A stretch of DNA of 64,000 nucleotides from Lama guanicoe (Eukaryota), in the NCBI GenBank assembly GCA_013239625.1, contig MU053810.1:4496071-4560070 (forward strand), written 5' to 3'. Both the position numbers and the translations under genes were made by a program. Each line of letters opens with the position of its first letter. Within the stretch, counting starts at the first letter, position 1. The notes under the pieces are model-generated. The model ran no database searches. It saw nothing but the letters and a program-made list of their open reading frames with translations, and was not told the origin of the DNA. This document shows positions 38,799 to 52,859 of the stretch, piece after piece.

Positions 38799-39389
38799 TT
38801 AAGCTCGGGGACCTCTATATTTCCAATCATATCTCCAACTACTTAATTTCTGAACCTTCTTTTCAGAAAAGTGCTCCACTTCTTGCCTGTATTTCCCTTC
38901 CTCTGAACCTGTGCTCCAACTTGCTGCTTGTCTATGATACCACTTCTCCTCTTCTTTTTTCTAACGTTATCCATCCTTCAGCAGAAGATCAAAGTAACCT
39001 TCTTATTTTACTCCCTCCTCTGACCTCCAGCCATATCAGGTAGCTGCTTCTTCTAACCCTTCTGGGCTCTCATTGTCTGAGAAATTAATTGACCATCTGT
39101 CATTTAGTCCTTCAGATTTTCAGTGATTGAACAGTTACGTAAATTGTCTCCTGTCATTTCACTTCTCACGTTTTGCTCTCTTTGGTCTCTGAAACCTCAA
39201 TTCTGCTTCTCTCCGCTTGTTCTCTGTATCCTGGAGTGTTGCTTTCCAACTTGTGAGCCGAGGACAATCTGCATCAAAAATCCCGAGTTCTTGTTGAAAA
39301 GGGAGATTCTGGGACTGATCTCGGATCTACCAGTTGGCTTCCCAGGTGATTCTCTGCCCAGCGAAATTTATGAATCACTGATGTAGACC

Positions 39390-40220
39390 ATGCATCATTC
39401 ATTAACTTGTTCATTCCACAACTCTTGGAGCACAAATTAAATAGTGGGTACCTGGGATGCAGAAGTGGCTGAGGCAGACATGGTCCTTGTTATCTTGCAG
39501 TTTCTAACCTAGGTGGGGAAACGGACGGTGAACAAGGATTTAAAAGTAACATGTGAGTTACCAAGGAGAGATGTAAAGAGCTGTGGGAATATCTGAGAGG
39601 GGACTACTTACCTGAGGATGTGGGGTTGAGATCTGAAGGAGGAGTAGGATCCTTCTAGAAGAGAGAGAGGGAGAAGGGACGTGCTATTCCTTCAACCTCT
39701 TACCCTCTGAGATGGGTAAGAGCAAGAGATGTGGAGCAACAGGAGTTGTGTCCTCAGGCAGGAGGGAGAGGGTGGCAGGAGGAACATCCAGAGAGGTAAG
39801 AAGTGGCCAGATCAGGCAGGGCCATGAGGCTAAAGAGTTTGGAAGTTATCCTAAGGGCAGCTGGCAACTATGAGAGGTAAGTTTTGTCTTTCAGATCATT
39901 TTGGCTCTAGAATGAAGCAAGAGTGTACCTGAAGCTAATTGAGAAGCTTTTGCACATGTCCAGGAGACAGAAAATGGTGGGTCTGCCCAGGGCAGTGATG
40001 GTAGGGTGGATTCAAATGGTGCCTAGGAGATGGGGAAGCTGGGATTTAGTTATTCGTTGTATACTGGGGTTACTGGGGTAAAAGAGCGGGAAGTGTAAAG
40101 GAAGGCTTTTGTTTCTGTTTTGGTAACATTTGTTGAAGCCATGTAGTACTAAGAAGAGACCAGGGCATGAAGACAAAATGATAAGTTCCATCCCAGGTGT
40201 ACAGATTTTGAAATACCTAT
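39390..40220 (-). mobile_element. L2 LINE fragments
   Basis: cattcattaacttgttcattc...ctgggatgcag...gacatggtccttgttatcttgcagtttcta followed by a purine-rich L2 antisense body. Confidence 0.65.
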
Positions 40221-41149
40221 GGAATAGTTAGGTGTTCCCTGTCATGTCCTTTTTCATATTTCTCATGGAAGAGGTGAAACTAAAGTGGCCTTTGAGACAA
40301 TTGTGGAAATAATGAGCACCAATGGGGATCCAGTTAGAAGACCACAAGTATGTTTATCCAGCAAGGGGATTTCTCTGTGTCTTCTTTCTTGGTATTTGGT
40401 GAGCAGCTGAGTTCTCTACTTTTTAAATTCATCTTTGAAAATGACTCATTTCTCCAAGGAGATTATGATGGCTTGGTTTGTTTTAGTTTTGTTTTGTTTG
40501 AGAAGTGGTTTGGATCAGTAAGGCTCTTTGCATGCATTTGTTTGTTCCTTTGGTTGGGGGCAGGCTTTGTAAGGGTGTGCATCTGTAAATACACCCGTAT
40601 TTTCCTTAAGGCAGCATATTAACCGGTTATAGATGAACTCAGTTACCCTGGAAGATGGGAGAGAACTTCCATGAAGAGAACAAATTAAAACAAGAACTGT
40701 ATCATTTTGTACCAACGTTGTAGTCCTGCTGGTGAAAATTCAGGTCCACTGAGAGATGTTAGGAGATCACTTGGAAGAGTGAGTTGGTCTTTGACAAAGG
40801 TGTGCTCACTTGGCTATGCAGTGGTGTACATCTGATATGACTATTCAAACAGAGTCTAATTGGCAAGGAAGGGAAGATACTGGAAAGCTGTGGATTCTCC
40901 TTCTATCCTCTGATTTCCTTTCCCTTTATCTGTTCATTATCTGCTTCTCATTTATCACCACAAAGAGAATAATGAATAAAGAAGCAACAGGGCTAAATTA
41001 CTCTCTGTGTCTTAAAAATCAACCCCAAATCATTATTCTCTGTTTCAAAAATTACATAACAGGCTTTCAACTGAAACTGAAGGTAAAAATAGGTCATTTG
41101 GTTGGTCCTACATTCCGGGATGAGAAACCTCCCCACACAACTCCTGAGC

Positions 41150-41580
41150 AACGCTCAACTCGCCTCTAGTTGGGTACTCTCAGCAGCAGGGAGCTCCCCT
41201 TCTATTTTAGGGATCAACCAACTTTGTTACTAAATCCAATTAGACAGAATATCTGTCCTTTAATGAATCAAAATAAGCCCACTTGCTGACACTGATTCTG
41301 CACCTCGCGGCAACACAGAATAAATCCACGTTCCTCGTGACAGCCTTTCATATCTATTAATGCAACTGCCGTGTCTCCACAAGTCTTCTCCTCTGCAAAC
41401 TAAATAGCTCCAAGTCCCTCCAGTACGTTTGTATAAGGCTCATTTCTACACTCCTCAAGCATCTTTATAATGTGTCTCCTTTCCAGTGGCAGGCACCCCC
41501 TTCTGAGTGACACCCACACTGACCAGGGCCACGTCCAGGGGGACGGCAGCCTCTTCATTGTTCGTGTGCTTATGTTTAAT
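41150..41580 (-). mobile_element. Ancient CR1/L3 LINE fragment
   Basis: aagtcttctcctctgcaaactaaatagctccaagtccctccag resembles the conserved antisense CR1/L3 segment. Very diverged. Confidence 0.5.
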
Positions 41581-42954
41581 GACAAACACCTTCATTTTAA
41601 ATGGAAGACAGTGAGTGGTGGCCGGGGGCTCTGTGGGATGTGTGTTGTCTTTGGAAGTCTGAGGCACTCGCGGTAGGTGGAATATTGATGTTGGGTTTAT
41701 AACAGGGTGGTTTTTCATTTGTGGGACTTGAAATTTGCTGATGACTCCCTGTGGAATGACTCGGTAATAAATGGGAGGGGTTTTAAATTCCATCAGAGTA
41801 AAATGGGAAGATAGTTCCTGTTTTCACTTTTTATGTGGCAGTTGTACCTTAATCTGCTTTTCGGAACAGCTGTTAGAACAGATGTTCATTTTAGATGGTA
41901 TCTTTTATTTTAGTACACCTAGCAAAAGCCTTTTCATGAGGAGATGTTTGAAAGCCCAGATCTTTTTTCTAATGCGAATAAGCTTCCATTTGTCTGGCAT
42001 TTTCAGACTGTCACCCACCCTGGCTAAGCCCTTCCAGGGGCACAATCTGCTACTCCAAGCCTTGGAAGGTCTGCATGGAGCCATATCTCCTTCTTGGCCT
42101 CAAAAACTTTCAGTGCCCTGACTGTTGTCTGGGGCAGGCTTTCCGCTAATGGGGAGGTCACTTGTCAGTAGAGCAGGTTTAATAGAAGAGGAAAGTTGGC
42201 CCCATGGCTGGGAGTATTAGACTCAAAGCCAGGAGCAACATAACATTGCTCTTTTTCCTAATTAACCTCACTGCTGGATTTGGGGGCTTAGCCCCATGGA
42301 TTGTCATTAAAACAAGAAAGGTCACAGACGGGCTGGTGCGTCCTGCACTTGGTTGATGGAGGAGCAAAAATGTATTATCTCAGAAGAGAAAGTATTTCTC
42401 TCATTACCTACAGTATATAATATAGATACATGTATCATTTATAGAATAGGTGTTTCTGTATGTAAAAAAAGAGAGAGAGAGACATGCTGAAATAATAGTT
42501 TTCAAATCACTTACCTAAAAGCTTGACCTAGAATGAAACAGGAGACCCTCAAGAAGAGGTTCTCCTTCCAACCTGTGTTCTCCATTTATCTATGATCTAA
42601 AAGGGGACATTCTTTGCTTGAGAGTGGACTCTTGGGATCACCATTTACCCAACTGTCACTGATGTAAAAGTTTTCACACCTGCACTGTGTACCAGTAAAA
42701 TCATGGGTAAGATCCCAATGTTTGGGTAATACTAATGCCCCCAGAAGATACGCTGTGTGTTAACCCTGCAGTATAAAGAATTCCAGTTGAGCTAAGGTAC
42801 AAGTGCATGTACCAGGACACTACTCAGTCCTACCCTTTGGTAGGTAAAAAGAATCCCCTCCAAGACATTCTCATCAGCATCCTCCTTGGAAGTCTTTAAG
42901 CTCTTCCTTGTAACTGTTACTTTATTATTTTTAATTTATCTTAAAAAGTAATCT

Positions 42955-43500
42955 GTAGCAATATTATTCAGCAATTATAAAGAAATACTAACACATGCTA
43001 CCACATGGATGGGGCTTGAAGGCATTACGCTAAGTGAAATAGACCAGGCAGGGAGAGGCAAATACTGTATGATCTCACTTATATGTGGAATCTAAAAAAG
43101 TCAAAACTCCTAGGAGCAGAGAGCAGAGGGGTGGTTACCAGGGGCTGCAGGTGGGGGAAATGGGGAGATGTTGTTAAAATACAAACTTGTAACTGGAAGA
43201 TGAGTAAGTCCCAGGGATCTAATGCACATCATAGAGATTATAGTCAATGACACTGTATTAGAAACTGCAAAATTACTAAGAGGCTAGTTTGTAAATGTTC
43301 TAACCACAAAAATACAGTGGTCATTATATGATGTGATGGAGAGGTTAGCTAATGCTACAGTGGTAGTCATCTTGCAATATACAAATATATCAAAGGAACA
43401 CTTTGCACAACTTAAAACTTACACGATGTTATATGTCAATTATATCTCAATAAAAACTTAAAGAAAAATAACTTGTAAATATGATTTAAAAAAAAAAAGA
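42955..43500 (+). mobile_element. LINE-1 3' UTR (L1MA9/MB-type)
   Basis: acatggatggggcttgaaggcattacgctaagtgaaata...caaatactgtatgatctcacttatatgtggaatctaaaaa...atgttatatgtcaattatatctcaataaaa, then an A-rich tail. Confidence 0.85.
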
Positions 43501-45389
43501 ATCCTTACCTATTTACCAACTTTAAGGAATGCCTTTTGACTCTGCATAAGAAAAACAAAGGAATCCACAAAGGAACAAAGTAACAAGAGGAAAAACCAAG
43601 AATCAACATACCTACTCTTAAGCGCTAGTCTCTCCTCCCTCCACGTCCCCTTACATTTTAGCAATATTGTTATTTTTAAATGGCTGTTGTTCATAAAAAA
43701 TACGTCCTGAAATTGTATTTCCTGCAGCTGTCAGTTTTAGCATCAGATGCATTCTGTCCCCGAGGCAGCCCTTTGACTCCAGTGTTTTCAGTCTTCTCTT
43801 GGAGGACTGGGGTTTGGCCTTCCAATATTTCTTCAAAAGGGCTCACAGAAATTGTTTTCCTGAGTTCTTAAAATTGAAAATCCTTTGCCTTTACGCTTGC
43901 ATGGCATTGCTGAGTGTAAAATTCTCACGTCACACTTGACACCTCTGAAGCTTTTGTGCTATTTACCCTCTGCCTTCCAGGGTTGACTTTTTTCCTCTCC
44001 TGATTTGATCTGTATCCAGTTTTTTGTTGTTGTTCTAAGTCTATGTTTCAATTTGTACATGCAAGCCTTATTTCAGAAAAGCTTCTTGAATGATCTTTGC
44101 ATAGAATTCTACCTTTTTTTCTTTCTGATTCTTCTCCAGAGATACCCATTATTGACCAGTTGGATCTCTTTTGTTTTCCTTATAATTTTTTGTCTAATCA
44201 CTTTTCACTCTTTTTTGCCCCTTAGTTCATTTCACTCTGTTTCCTCAATTCTACTCTCTGACTCAGATTGTCTTTCCAGCATCGTGGCCTCCCCCTCTTT
44301 TCTTCTTCCAACATTGCCTCAGTTCTAAGATAGCTTTATTTATGTGCCTTTGAAACTTTCCTCCCAACCCAGTTTTGCACTCAATTTTTCCTAACCTGAA
44401 CTTCCTCCCTCGTCACAACGTTATGGGTTCACTAAGCCTCTTTCTCTCATTCTTGTCTCTTTTGATATTTGCTCACATAACTTTTGAAGCTGGCTGAGCC
44501 AATCAGTTCATCTCCTCAGTGTCTCCCTCCTGCCTGCCTCCCTCATCATCTATTTCTCGGTCTGGAAGGTCCAACTTCTAGAAAGTATCACTGTCTGTAT
44601 GTGTCTGTTTCCCTTCTCTGGTTAATACATTCTGTGCTTTTTAAACTATTTCCCCCTAGTTAAGAAGGAACCCCTATCAGCAGAGAAAAAAGTACTTGTT
44701 AGTACCCTAGGGAATTCAAGAGTCTAACCGTGAGGAGGTCGACCTCATGCATGCAATTTCTTAGAAGTCCAGCGTTTTATCTTAAAAATAAGGCAATATT
44801 TTTGTTCAGCTCCATAATATCTGTGTTTGTTTAAAAGATTTGTCTGGAGTGTCTCAAATTGCTCAGCTATTAAATTACTTAACTCCCGCATCCCACCTCT
44901 AATCTTTGAGTAAAACTGAAGCCTCAAAGAGATAAGCCGTAATAATAATAATGAGGTTTCAAGAACTTTCTAGGATGTCCTTGGGGGATCCTGAGGGGTA
45001 CAAGGATGGCAGCCTTGAATAAATCACATGTTGAAAAGGGTCCCTCATTTGCATCTTGGAATCCCTGGCCTCTGGCACCATACCAGGTGCAGATTGGCAT
45101 TCAGTAATTGTTTGTGGAATTGACTGGAACTGATGGCACAAGATTTCTTCACTACCTACAGCAAGCTGCTGCCTGTTCTGGCTGATTCGTGGTGCTGTTC
45201 TGACTAACCTGCAATTGTCCTTTGTACTGAAGGACAGATGGAGGTGGGACCTTAAAGAATCATCTATAGTGTCTGTTTATACTTTGATGGTCAGGAGTCA
45301 GCTATTGAAATAGATTTTTTCTGGTGATTCCTTTTTTGTCTCCAGGACACCAGACACTGTCTTGAGCCTCAGTGAGGGAGCCCAGTGGA

Positions 45390-45640
45390 CTGTCTGGGAG
45401 CCTGGGCTCTGCATTCAAACTGCCTGATTGTGATCAAACCCTGGCACCACCCCTGGTGTTTGTGTGTCTGTGGGCTTTTCAGTTGACCTGTCAAGACTTC
45501 ATTTCCTCACCTGTCATATGTATGAGGATGATGATGGTACCTACCTCATCCAGTTGTTGAAAGGGATAAATGATGCCACCTGTGGAAACATTCAACTCAA
45601 ATCCTGAGACACGTGTGCACTTACTAAAAGGCAGATGTCC
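45390..45640 (+). mobile_element. MIR SINE
   Basis: ggctctgcattcaaactgcctg...tttcctcacctgtc...gatgatggtacctacctcat...ggataaatga. Confidence 0.7.
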
Positions 45641-47025
45641 CTACTGCTCAAAAGTTGACTGAAGGCATGGAGGGCTCATAAGACAAACCCAAAACATTTT
45701 GTTTAAAAAGACTTGGAAAATGTGACCCAGAGACTAGGAAGCAGCTCCAGATAATAATTAACTGCCTTGGTGTGAAATTCCAAAATTCCCACAATGAATA
45801 TAATCATTTATTTTCCCCCTGCCCCCTCCCCCATGCATGCGCATACACTCTTACCCAAAAATAGTAACTTAGTAGAGGAAGGTTTTGCCTACAGGCCTTA
45901 TGCTGCAGCCATTTCTCATCCTTTTCTTCTAAAGTCAGAACTTCCCGGAAGAGCTTGGCATGCCTGGGACACTGAACCACCTAGCTCTCAGTAGATAGAG
46001 CCGTAGGCAGCCCTGGACTCCCACTGAGCTTTAGAAGTTAGCCCTGGAGCTTTCTCATGGCAGGATTGCCCTGGTTGACAAACATAAGAAGCCCCAAAGT
46101 TTCTCCTATCCACAGATTGCCCCATTCCCCCATGTGTCCTGGGAAAGACCAGCATGCTCTAGGAATTCCGGAATTAGAACGAGCCACTGAGGGTGTCATG
46201 TTTAAGGGGAGGCAGACTACTGATTAATTATTTTTTTAACATCTTCCCATCCTTTGGTATTTACTCCAGGAGATGCCAACCAGAACGCTCCGATTAGCTT
46301 TTATATGGAAAGACTCTATAAGAAAACAATGTATAATCTGTATCAGTGAAGTGCTCTGATGAACAGGTGATTTCACAGTGAGGAAAGGATCACAACGTGC
46401 ATAGGTTTGTCATGCTGTCTCCCTCAAAAGTTATCAGGCAACCCTGAAACACAGAGTCTATTTTTTCCTAGCAGTTTTCCTCTGTTTTATTTAAAGACCT
46501 GCCTTGTTACCTGATTGATTTGGTTAGGAGTAAGACACACTGAAGGCACAGAATAGAAAAGTATTTCATTCAGGGGCAATATTTACAGTTCTGAAGCTCC
46601 TGCAAAAGAAATCAGATGGGGATCAAAGACCAAAGCAGCAAAAAGGTACTGTGACCTTATTTTCCAAAGCCATCTCCGCAAGGTTAAGTGCTTTATTCAT
46701 GGCCCAGGCTTCCAAGAGAAGCACATTCAAGACAGATGACATGAGGCCAAGCTAGAGTCCCCCAACCAGAGCTGAAGTGCACACCCAGGTGAGGACCAGG
46801 AAGATCCCTAAGGGCCTGGAGGAAAGCATAGGGTCTAGTGAATTCATTCTGTTTGTGACCAGAAGTGACACAGCAGTGGCCGGGGTAGGGCTTCCCTCAA
46901 GACCTTGGGAAGCTTACATTGATAATGACTAAAAATCTCTGGCTTCAACACTCCCTTGCTAACTGTTTCCTAGTCTCCAGCAAATCCTATAGTTCTGGTG
47001 TTATTGGAATCCTGTGGACTTATCT

Positions 47026-47680
47026 CAGTACCGAACCGAACTTGAGTCTGCTGGCCTGCAGTGCAGCAAAGCCAGTGTACTGATGCTGGTTTGTGGTGGA
47101 GGGAATTACAGCGTTCATTGCAGAGTCTCACAAGGAGGCCAGGTAGCTCATGCTCAAAAGTCTCAAACTCCCTGAAGATTTCGGGGAAAGGCTTTTAAAG
47201 GCAGCTTTTGAGGGAGGGCTATAGGATGCATGACTTTCTTCTGATCGGTTGGTGGTGAGATAACGGGGTGTGATGTTTCAGGAGTCTCAGTCATCAGCCT
47301 CCTGGTGCCAGCCAGTCTGGGGTGTAAGGGCTTGTGCTCAGCTTGGAGTCACCATCCCCCACCTGGGCAGGGCTGGGGTGGGGGTGCCTTTAGTCCCTAC
47401 AGAATGACTCAAAGATATTCTTCAGATTGTTCTGTTTCCCCTTGAGGAGGAACTAGGAATCTGTTTTATTGCTGAACCTGTATCATTAATTTTCTTCTTC
47501 AAACTGCTTTTCCTTTGTTTCTGCATTCCCTTACTTCCCTAATTAGCTACTTCATGGGGCTGCCCTTTGGGGCTCTGGGAAGGCCTAGGAGACTCAAGCC
47601 TTTTTTCTACCAATAAGAAGTGGAGGATACAGAGGGGCTTTTGTACCCAGGAGAGCCCCACAGCGTCCTGCTCCGTTTCA
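47026..47680 (-). mobile_element. Solo ERV1-like LTR (cetartiodactyl type)
   Basis: taccgaaccgaacttgagtc...ctcatgctcaaaag...tttcttctgatcggttggtggtgag...gtcctgctccgtttca. Flanks atct/gtct are compatible with a 4-bp TSD carrying one change. Confidence 0.75.
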
Positions 47681-48279
47681 GTCTGCAGAGACACTTGGTT
47701 TTGCAGCAGTAGATATCTGATACAAGATTTTATGCCAGCGTCCAATTTAAACAGCTTCTTGGCAGTGTCCCTCCAGGATCCAAACACTGAGCCCCATGTA
47801 GACAAGAGGGTCTTGGCTGTCGTTTGGCTCTCCGTCTGTCCTGCTGAATTATAAATACAGCGTGAGAAACTTCTTCCTCCACCATCAGGTGACATGACAC
47901 TTTTCTTCCTTGAGCCACAGGGGAGAATTCTCTAAATTGCCGCCATCTAACCTGAACAAAAGCAATGGCTTAAATGGGCTCTCCTTGAGGAAGGAAGTAT
48001 GCTGCTAGATGCACTAATCCACATAGCTCTGTCCACGTCAATAGTAGATGAGAAAAAAAGTTCAGTCCTTAACATCTGACGTGTGAGAGCAGATCTCAGC
48101 TCTCCAAAGAGGGCATTCATTTTGTCTTGGTGTTTTCTCCCCCTTCCCTGCTTTTTTAACAAAAAGAATAGTCCTGTTGGCACTTTGGTCTATTGATTGA
48201 AAGAGAATTTAAAATAACTTGGTTAGAAAAAAAAAGAGAGAGAGAAGATGATAACACAAAAGAAATCCTAGCCGAGGCA

Positions 48280-48500
48280 GCATTGCCTGGAGGTAGCTTC
48301 TGGGCTCCACTGCCTAAATACCTGAGTTTGAATCCCAGCTCCTCCCCATCCTAAGGGTGTGCTTTTTGTTGAGCTAATGAATGTCTTGTTTCTTCATTTG
48401 CAAGATAATCATAATGAGCCCTTCTTCCTAATACTGTGGTGAGGATTAAATATGAAAGCACACTTAAAGAGGTTAGAACAGTGACTAACACCGACTAAGG
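48280..48500 (+). mobile_element. MIR SINE
   Basis: acctgagtttgaatcccagctcc...tttcttcatttgcaagataat...gtggtgaggattaaat...ttagaacagtg. Confidence 0.7.
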
Positions 48501-50644
48501 GATAGTTTGGGATTCTTAAAAAGGCCTCACGTATACCACTGTCCTTACTCAAGTGCTGAACAAATGAAGAGGTAAACAAAAGAATAAGACAAAATGGGAC
48601 TAAACTGTTGGCTTGGTTCCTTGATAAACCCAATGCTCCAAAATAGCGTGGGGTTAAGGCAGCAGTGGGCTACGCCCCAGAATTAGGCTTCTCCCCAATC
48701 CCAGACCCCTGGGGACCGTCTCAGGCCTCCCAACCCAGAGAGAGACTGAGAGAGGGTGTTAGGCTAGGCATGCCCTGTTCCTCGCTAGGGAGGAGTGAGG
48801 AGTGGGGTAAGAGGGCTTGGGGGGAAATCCTACCCTCTGGGAAGTCAGGGAGTGGGAAGAAGTGCCCCCTGCCAAGGTGGTCACTCACTGTGAGCAGTTG
48901 CAGTTCAACTGAGATTGAATGATTATGCAGTGGACCTGGACGGAGGGAGCCCTGAACAAACACTTCTGAAGGAATAAAGGAAGGAGCGCTGTGTATTTTG
49001 CTGTTTGTTTTCATTAAGAATCTCCGAGGAGACTGTAAATAACTTGCCATCCCTTCTAGGCGACCTTCCCCACCAATCCTGGCCTTTATTTTCACCCTCT
49101 GCTCAATTTGCAATCCAGGCGTGTCTAGAGCTCCCTTGGTCCTTAGCACAGGCAACCTGTATTTGCATCAGTTTTATGTACCTGTTCTCTCTCTCCGCCC
49201 ATCCCATGTTCCGCCTTCGTCCCTCCACGCCCCTCAGCGCCCTGTGCATGGTGGGCGTCACACCATTTCCCCAGGTTTTGTGTCACTTCCTGCTCTGTGA
49301 CCACAGAGGCCACAGGAAGCAACTGGACTTGTTTCAGGGAGCCCAGAGCAGAGCTGAGGGCAGATCCAGGGACCTTTCTGGGCCACACTGTCTCCACTCT
49401 TCACGTTGTTTCTATCCCCAGATTGGTGAATTTGCTATTTAATTCAGTTCAACAACCACTTAATAACTGAAGGTCAAGGAGAACAAGGCAGGCCCTCCAC
49501 CCCACCCCCACCCAGGAGAACTGCCCTCTAGGGAAGGCCACACTCCGCCAGGCAGCCCTTCAGATTTCCCTCTGCAGGCCGCACTGAGTGCTCCCTCCTC
49601 TTGCTTTCTGTAGAAAAGGTGGGTAAGCGTCCCCACCCTGACTGCAGCAGCCCTGGGGAGCATGATTTGAACCTGCCCACCCCTGTGTAAACAATGCAGT
49701 CCATTTATTAAGCACTCCTCAGTAGCCGGTTCAGGGTGCCACCTCTTCTTACTCCACACCCCAACTGAACCAAACACTAGGCCGATGGCCCTGGGGCATT
49801 TGTCCTTGTTTAAACTGACACCTGAGTCATCCTTGGATGATGGTTCTGAGCCCACGTGCTGCCCAGTACAAGGCTCCGGGAGCACCAGGGTTTCATGCCT
49901 GAGGCGCTGTGCACCTGCCCCATCCTCAAGGCTCCCTGGGTATCAGTTATTGGGATGAGGGATAAAGGGTTTTGTTCTACAGCATCCACCAACAGGAAGG
50001 TGGGTACACAGAGGGAGGAGGGCAGCAGGGGGCTGCAGAGCCAGGAAGGTGATGTGGGAAAACACTCCCGGGAAAGTAGGATTGTGGGAACATCTGATGA
50101 TACCAAGTCATCAGGTCAGGGCTGTCATTCATGGGATGGGTGAGGAAGAGGCAGACTGCGGAGAGGAAGTGAGGAGGACACGCAGCTGAGGGATAAATCA
50201 TACCAGAAAGTGAACAACGGGAGGGTTTTTTTTTTAATAACAAAGAACTAGAACTTTGCTAATTATATGATTTTAAGAACATGTAACAGTGTTGAGTTTG
50301 TGCGAGGAGCTGGTCTCTGTGCTGGACACAGAGAACAGGAAGGTGAGCACCAGGTGGGGTGGAGGAGCCGCCCCCAAGGGGCGGTAAACCAGGGCAGTGG
50401 TTTCCAACCTTGCTTTTGCTCCTGTATATAGGAACCTGCAGAATGACTCCTCCTCCCAGGTGACACAAATTTGTCCCCTCCCATCCCACCCCTCTGGAGA
50501 ATCACCCATCCCATCACAGGCACACACCTGCCAGACACGCTAGGTGGGTATGATAAGCGCAGTGGGGCACACAGGTCAATGTGAGGAGGAAGCAGGAGGT
50601 AACACCACCACCCCCCAAATTGGGGCAGACATATTTTTTAAGTT

Positions 50645-50703
50645 TTCATTTTTCATCTGAAACTCAAATGTATCTTGGCATCCTATATTTTACCTGGTAC
50701 CCC
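50645..50703. mobile_element. MER53-like hAT fragment (one arm)
   Basis: atctgaaactcaaatgtatcttggcatcctatattttacctggtaccccc resembles the MER53 terminus. Confidence 0.5.
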
Positions 50704-52859
50704 CACCTGACCCAGAGGGCCTCAGGGCACACTGCCTGGCTGCTCTAAGAAGCACATCTAGCCTCAAGGCTTCCAGGCAATTGGCACAGGAAGCCGCTCC
50801 TAGCAGAGTCCTGCCTGGTCAACCTTGGGAAATGTTCCCGATTGTGTTCTGGTTTCGTTTCTAACTTAATAGCAAAAAAAGGAGGGGGGGACAGCATTGC
50901 CAAAGGTGGATATTTCAAATAGCTTGGGGGTGAAATCACACTAGTTCACGCTGTACCAAGTATGCGGGGCTGTCAGTGAGAAGAAATGCTGAGGGTGCTG
51001 CCTAGGGAGCGCGGACGTTTCCACCCTGCGAAGGGCAACGTGACATCCAGAAGCAGGCTTTTGACTTTCTTGCCCTCTAGTGGCCAAATGCCTAAACGGG
51101 GGGTTGAGTTCCTGCTTAGGATCTCTCGTGTCTTTGGACTACCTGCAGCAAGAGACGTAACGGAGAAGGACGTCAGAAGATGCAGGTACGGGAAGATGCC
51201 AAACCCCAAAGCCAGCCTGGGCAGCGCCTGGACCCGGGAAGAGGTGTCGCAGGCTGTGCTGCTGCCTCTTCCCACTTCATGTGGCTCCCGAGTGAGGTTC
51301 CAGGTCCTGGGGATGGAATCTGCCCACAGTTGCCTTTAACGTTCCTTCATTCACCCGACAGACATTACCAGAGTTATCTACTGTGGACCAGGCATGGTGC
51401 TGGGTGCTGGCATCACATCTGACATATGGAGTTAAACCTAAGAGTTTGTGCAGCACTCTAGAAACCACACCCAAGGCAAACTGAACACACATCACTAGGC
51501 ACAGGAATTTTAGAATCGCAAAATGACGGATCCATTTTCAGTTGAACTCCAATTTTCTGGCCACCTTCTTTCTTCATAACTCATACATACAGCGTCTTTT
51601 TGATAAATGGTCATTAGACTTCTTGGCAACTACTTATAATTTGGCACAGTAATCAATCAGATTTCATATAATACAAAATTAATGCCATGTGATGTGCCTA
51701 GAGCTATTCCTAACTTTATATATATAAAAAAACTAGGGCCTTGGCAGAATGTTGAATTTTTCCCCTTTCCTAGAATGAGCAATACTGAGTTACTGACATT
51801 GAATGAACATACCAACAGAAAGCTGTTAGAAGAGGGAAGTTGTTTGGAAAGTTTAGTTGGGCCTATCTGCGGTAGTATTGACCCAACTAAAATCAGTGGA
51901 AAAACCTGGGTGGGATGTTGATATGTCACTTCAGTTTGTGCAGCTTGGTGGGACTCTCTTCCCTGCGTCTGCCACCTGGCATGCGATGAATCTTTTCGCC
52001 ATGCCAATTTCCCAGGTGGCTCTCCAATCGGCCCGCTCGTTTCACCCTTACTTCCTCCTTAGTTTAGATTCTCACGTCTCTTTTTCCTGAACGAGTATAA
52101 TAGGCATTTTAGTGGAGTCCCTTTTCCCGCTTCTCTGAAATCCATTCTCCACACAGGTTTGTCTAAAACACAGATCGTGACTCCGAGTGCTCACAGGATA
52201 AATTTCAGGCTTCCTGTGCATCGAAAGCAGACCACCACCTGTCCAGCCACCGCCACCATCATTCCATCATCCTTCCCATCACATCCCTGCCAGGGTCTTG
52301 CAGGTGCTCTGAGTTGGTCTGTGGACCTGTCAGATGACCATCCAAACATAAATCTACTCTTTGCCTTATTGTTTGTGAGTTTTCTCCTTTGTAAATACAT
52401 GTAGCCCCAAGGTGACCAAAGCCCACTGTAAACATGTCGTGAGTCTGTACTGACTGTGTTTTAAGAGCTTGTTTCTGGCAGGTGCTTCCTACACTCAGTT
52501 TTGACATAGTCTCACCTCCCTAATCCGTCTTGCAAACGCACTGTCACTGGGCCTGCCGCACTCAAATCTGAGGTCCCTGATTACTGAGGTCCCTGCATTT
52601 TATTGTCATTGACAGTGCTAGACATTGACAAAAGGTACCAAAATAAGTTCCCTGAATTCAGTAGACAGGGAAGAGAGATCGATACCACCATGTGGGTGTG
52701 ACCTGGTGAATATTAAGTCCTGCCCAGTAATGCCACTCCCTGCTTAGACCCACCAGCCTCAGTCACCTGTCTGGGTCTCCTGGGGATCGTGACCCACAGT
52801 GGGATGATAAAGGCTTGTTTATCGTGTTACGACTGAGATTCACAGGATGACCTGTGACA

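Noticed and set aside
38350..38802. piggyBac-like element (TTAA TSD and terminal inverted repeat)
   Set aside because: The termini are TG...CA rather than CCY...RGG, and the body is colinear with the neighbouring LTR that has a different TSD. It is an ERV LTR that happened to insert at TTAA.
43800..44400. Possible very old antisense L1/HAL1 fragment
   Set aside because: The T-rich texture is suggestive but too diverged to assign without a profile search.
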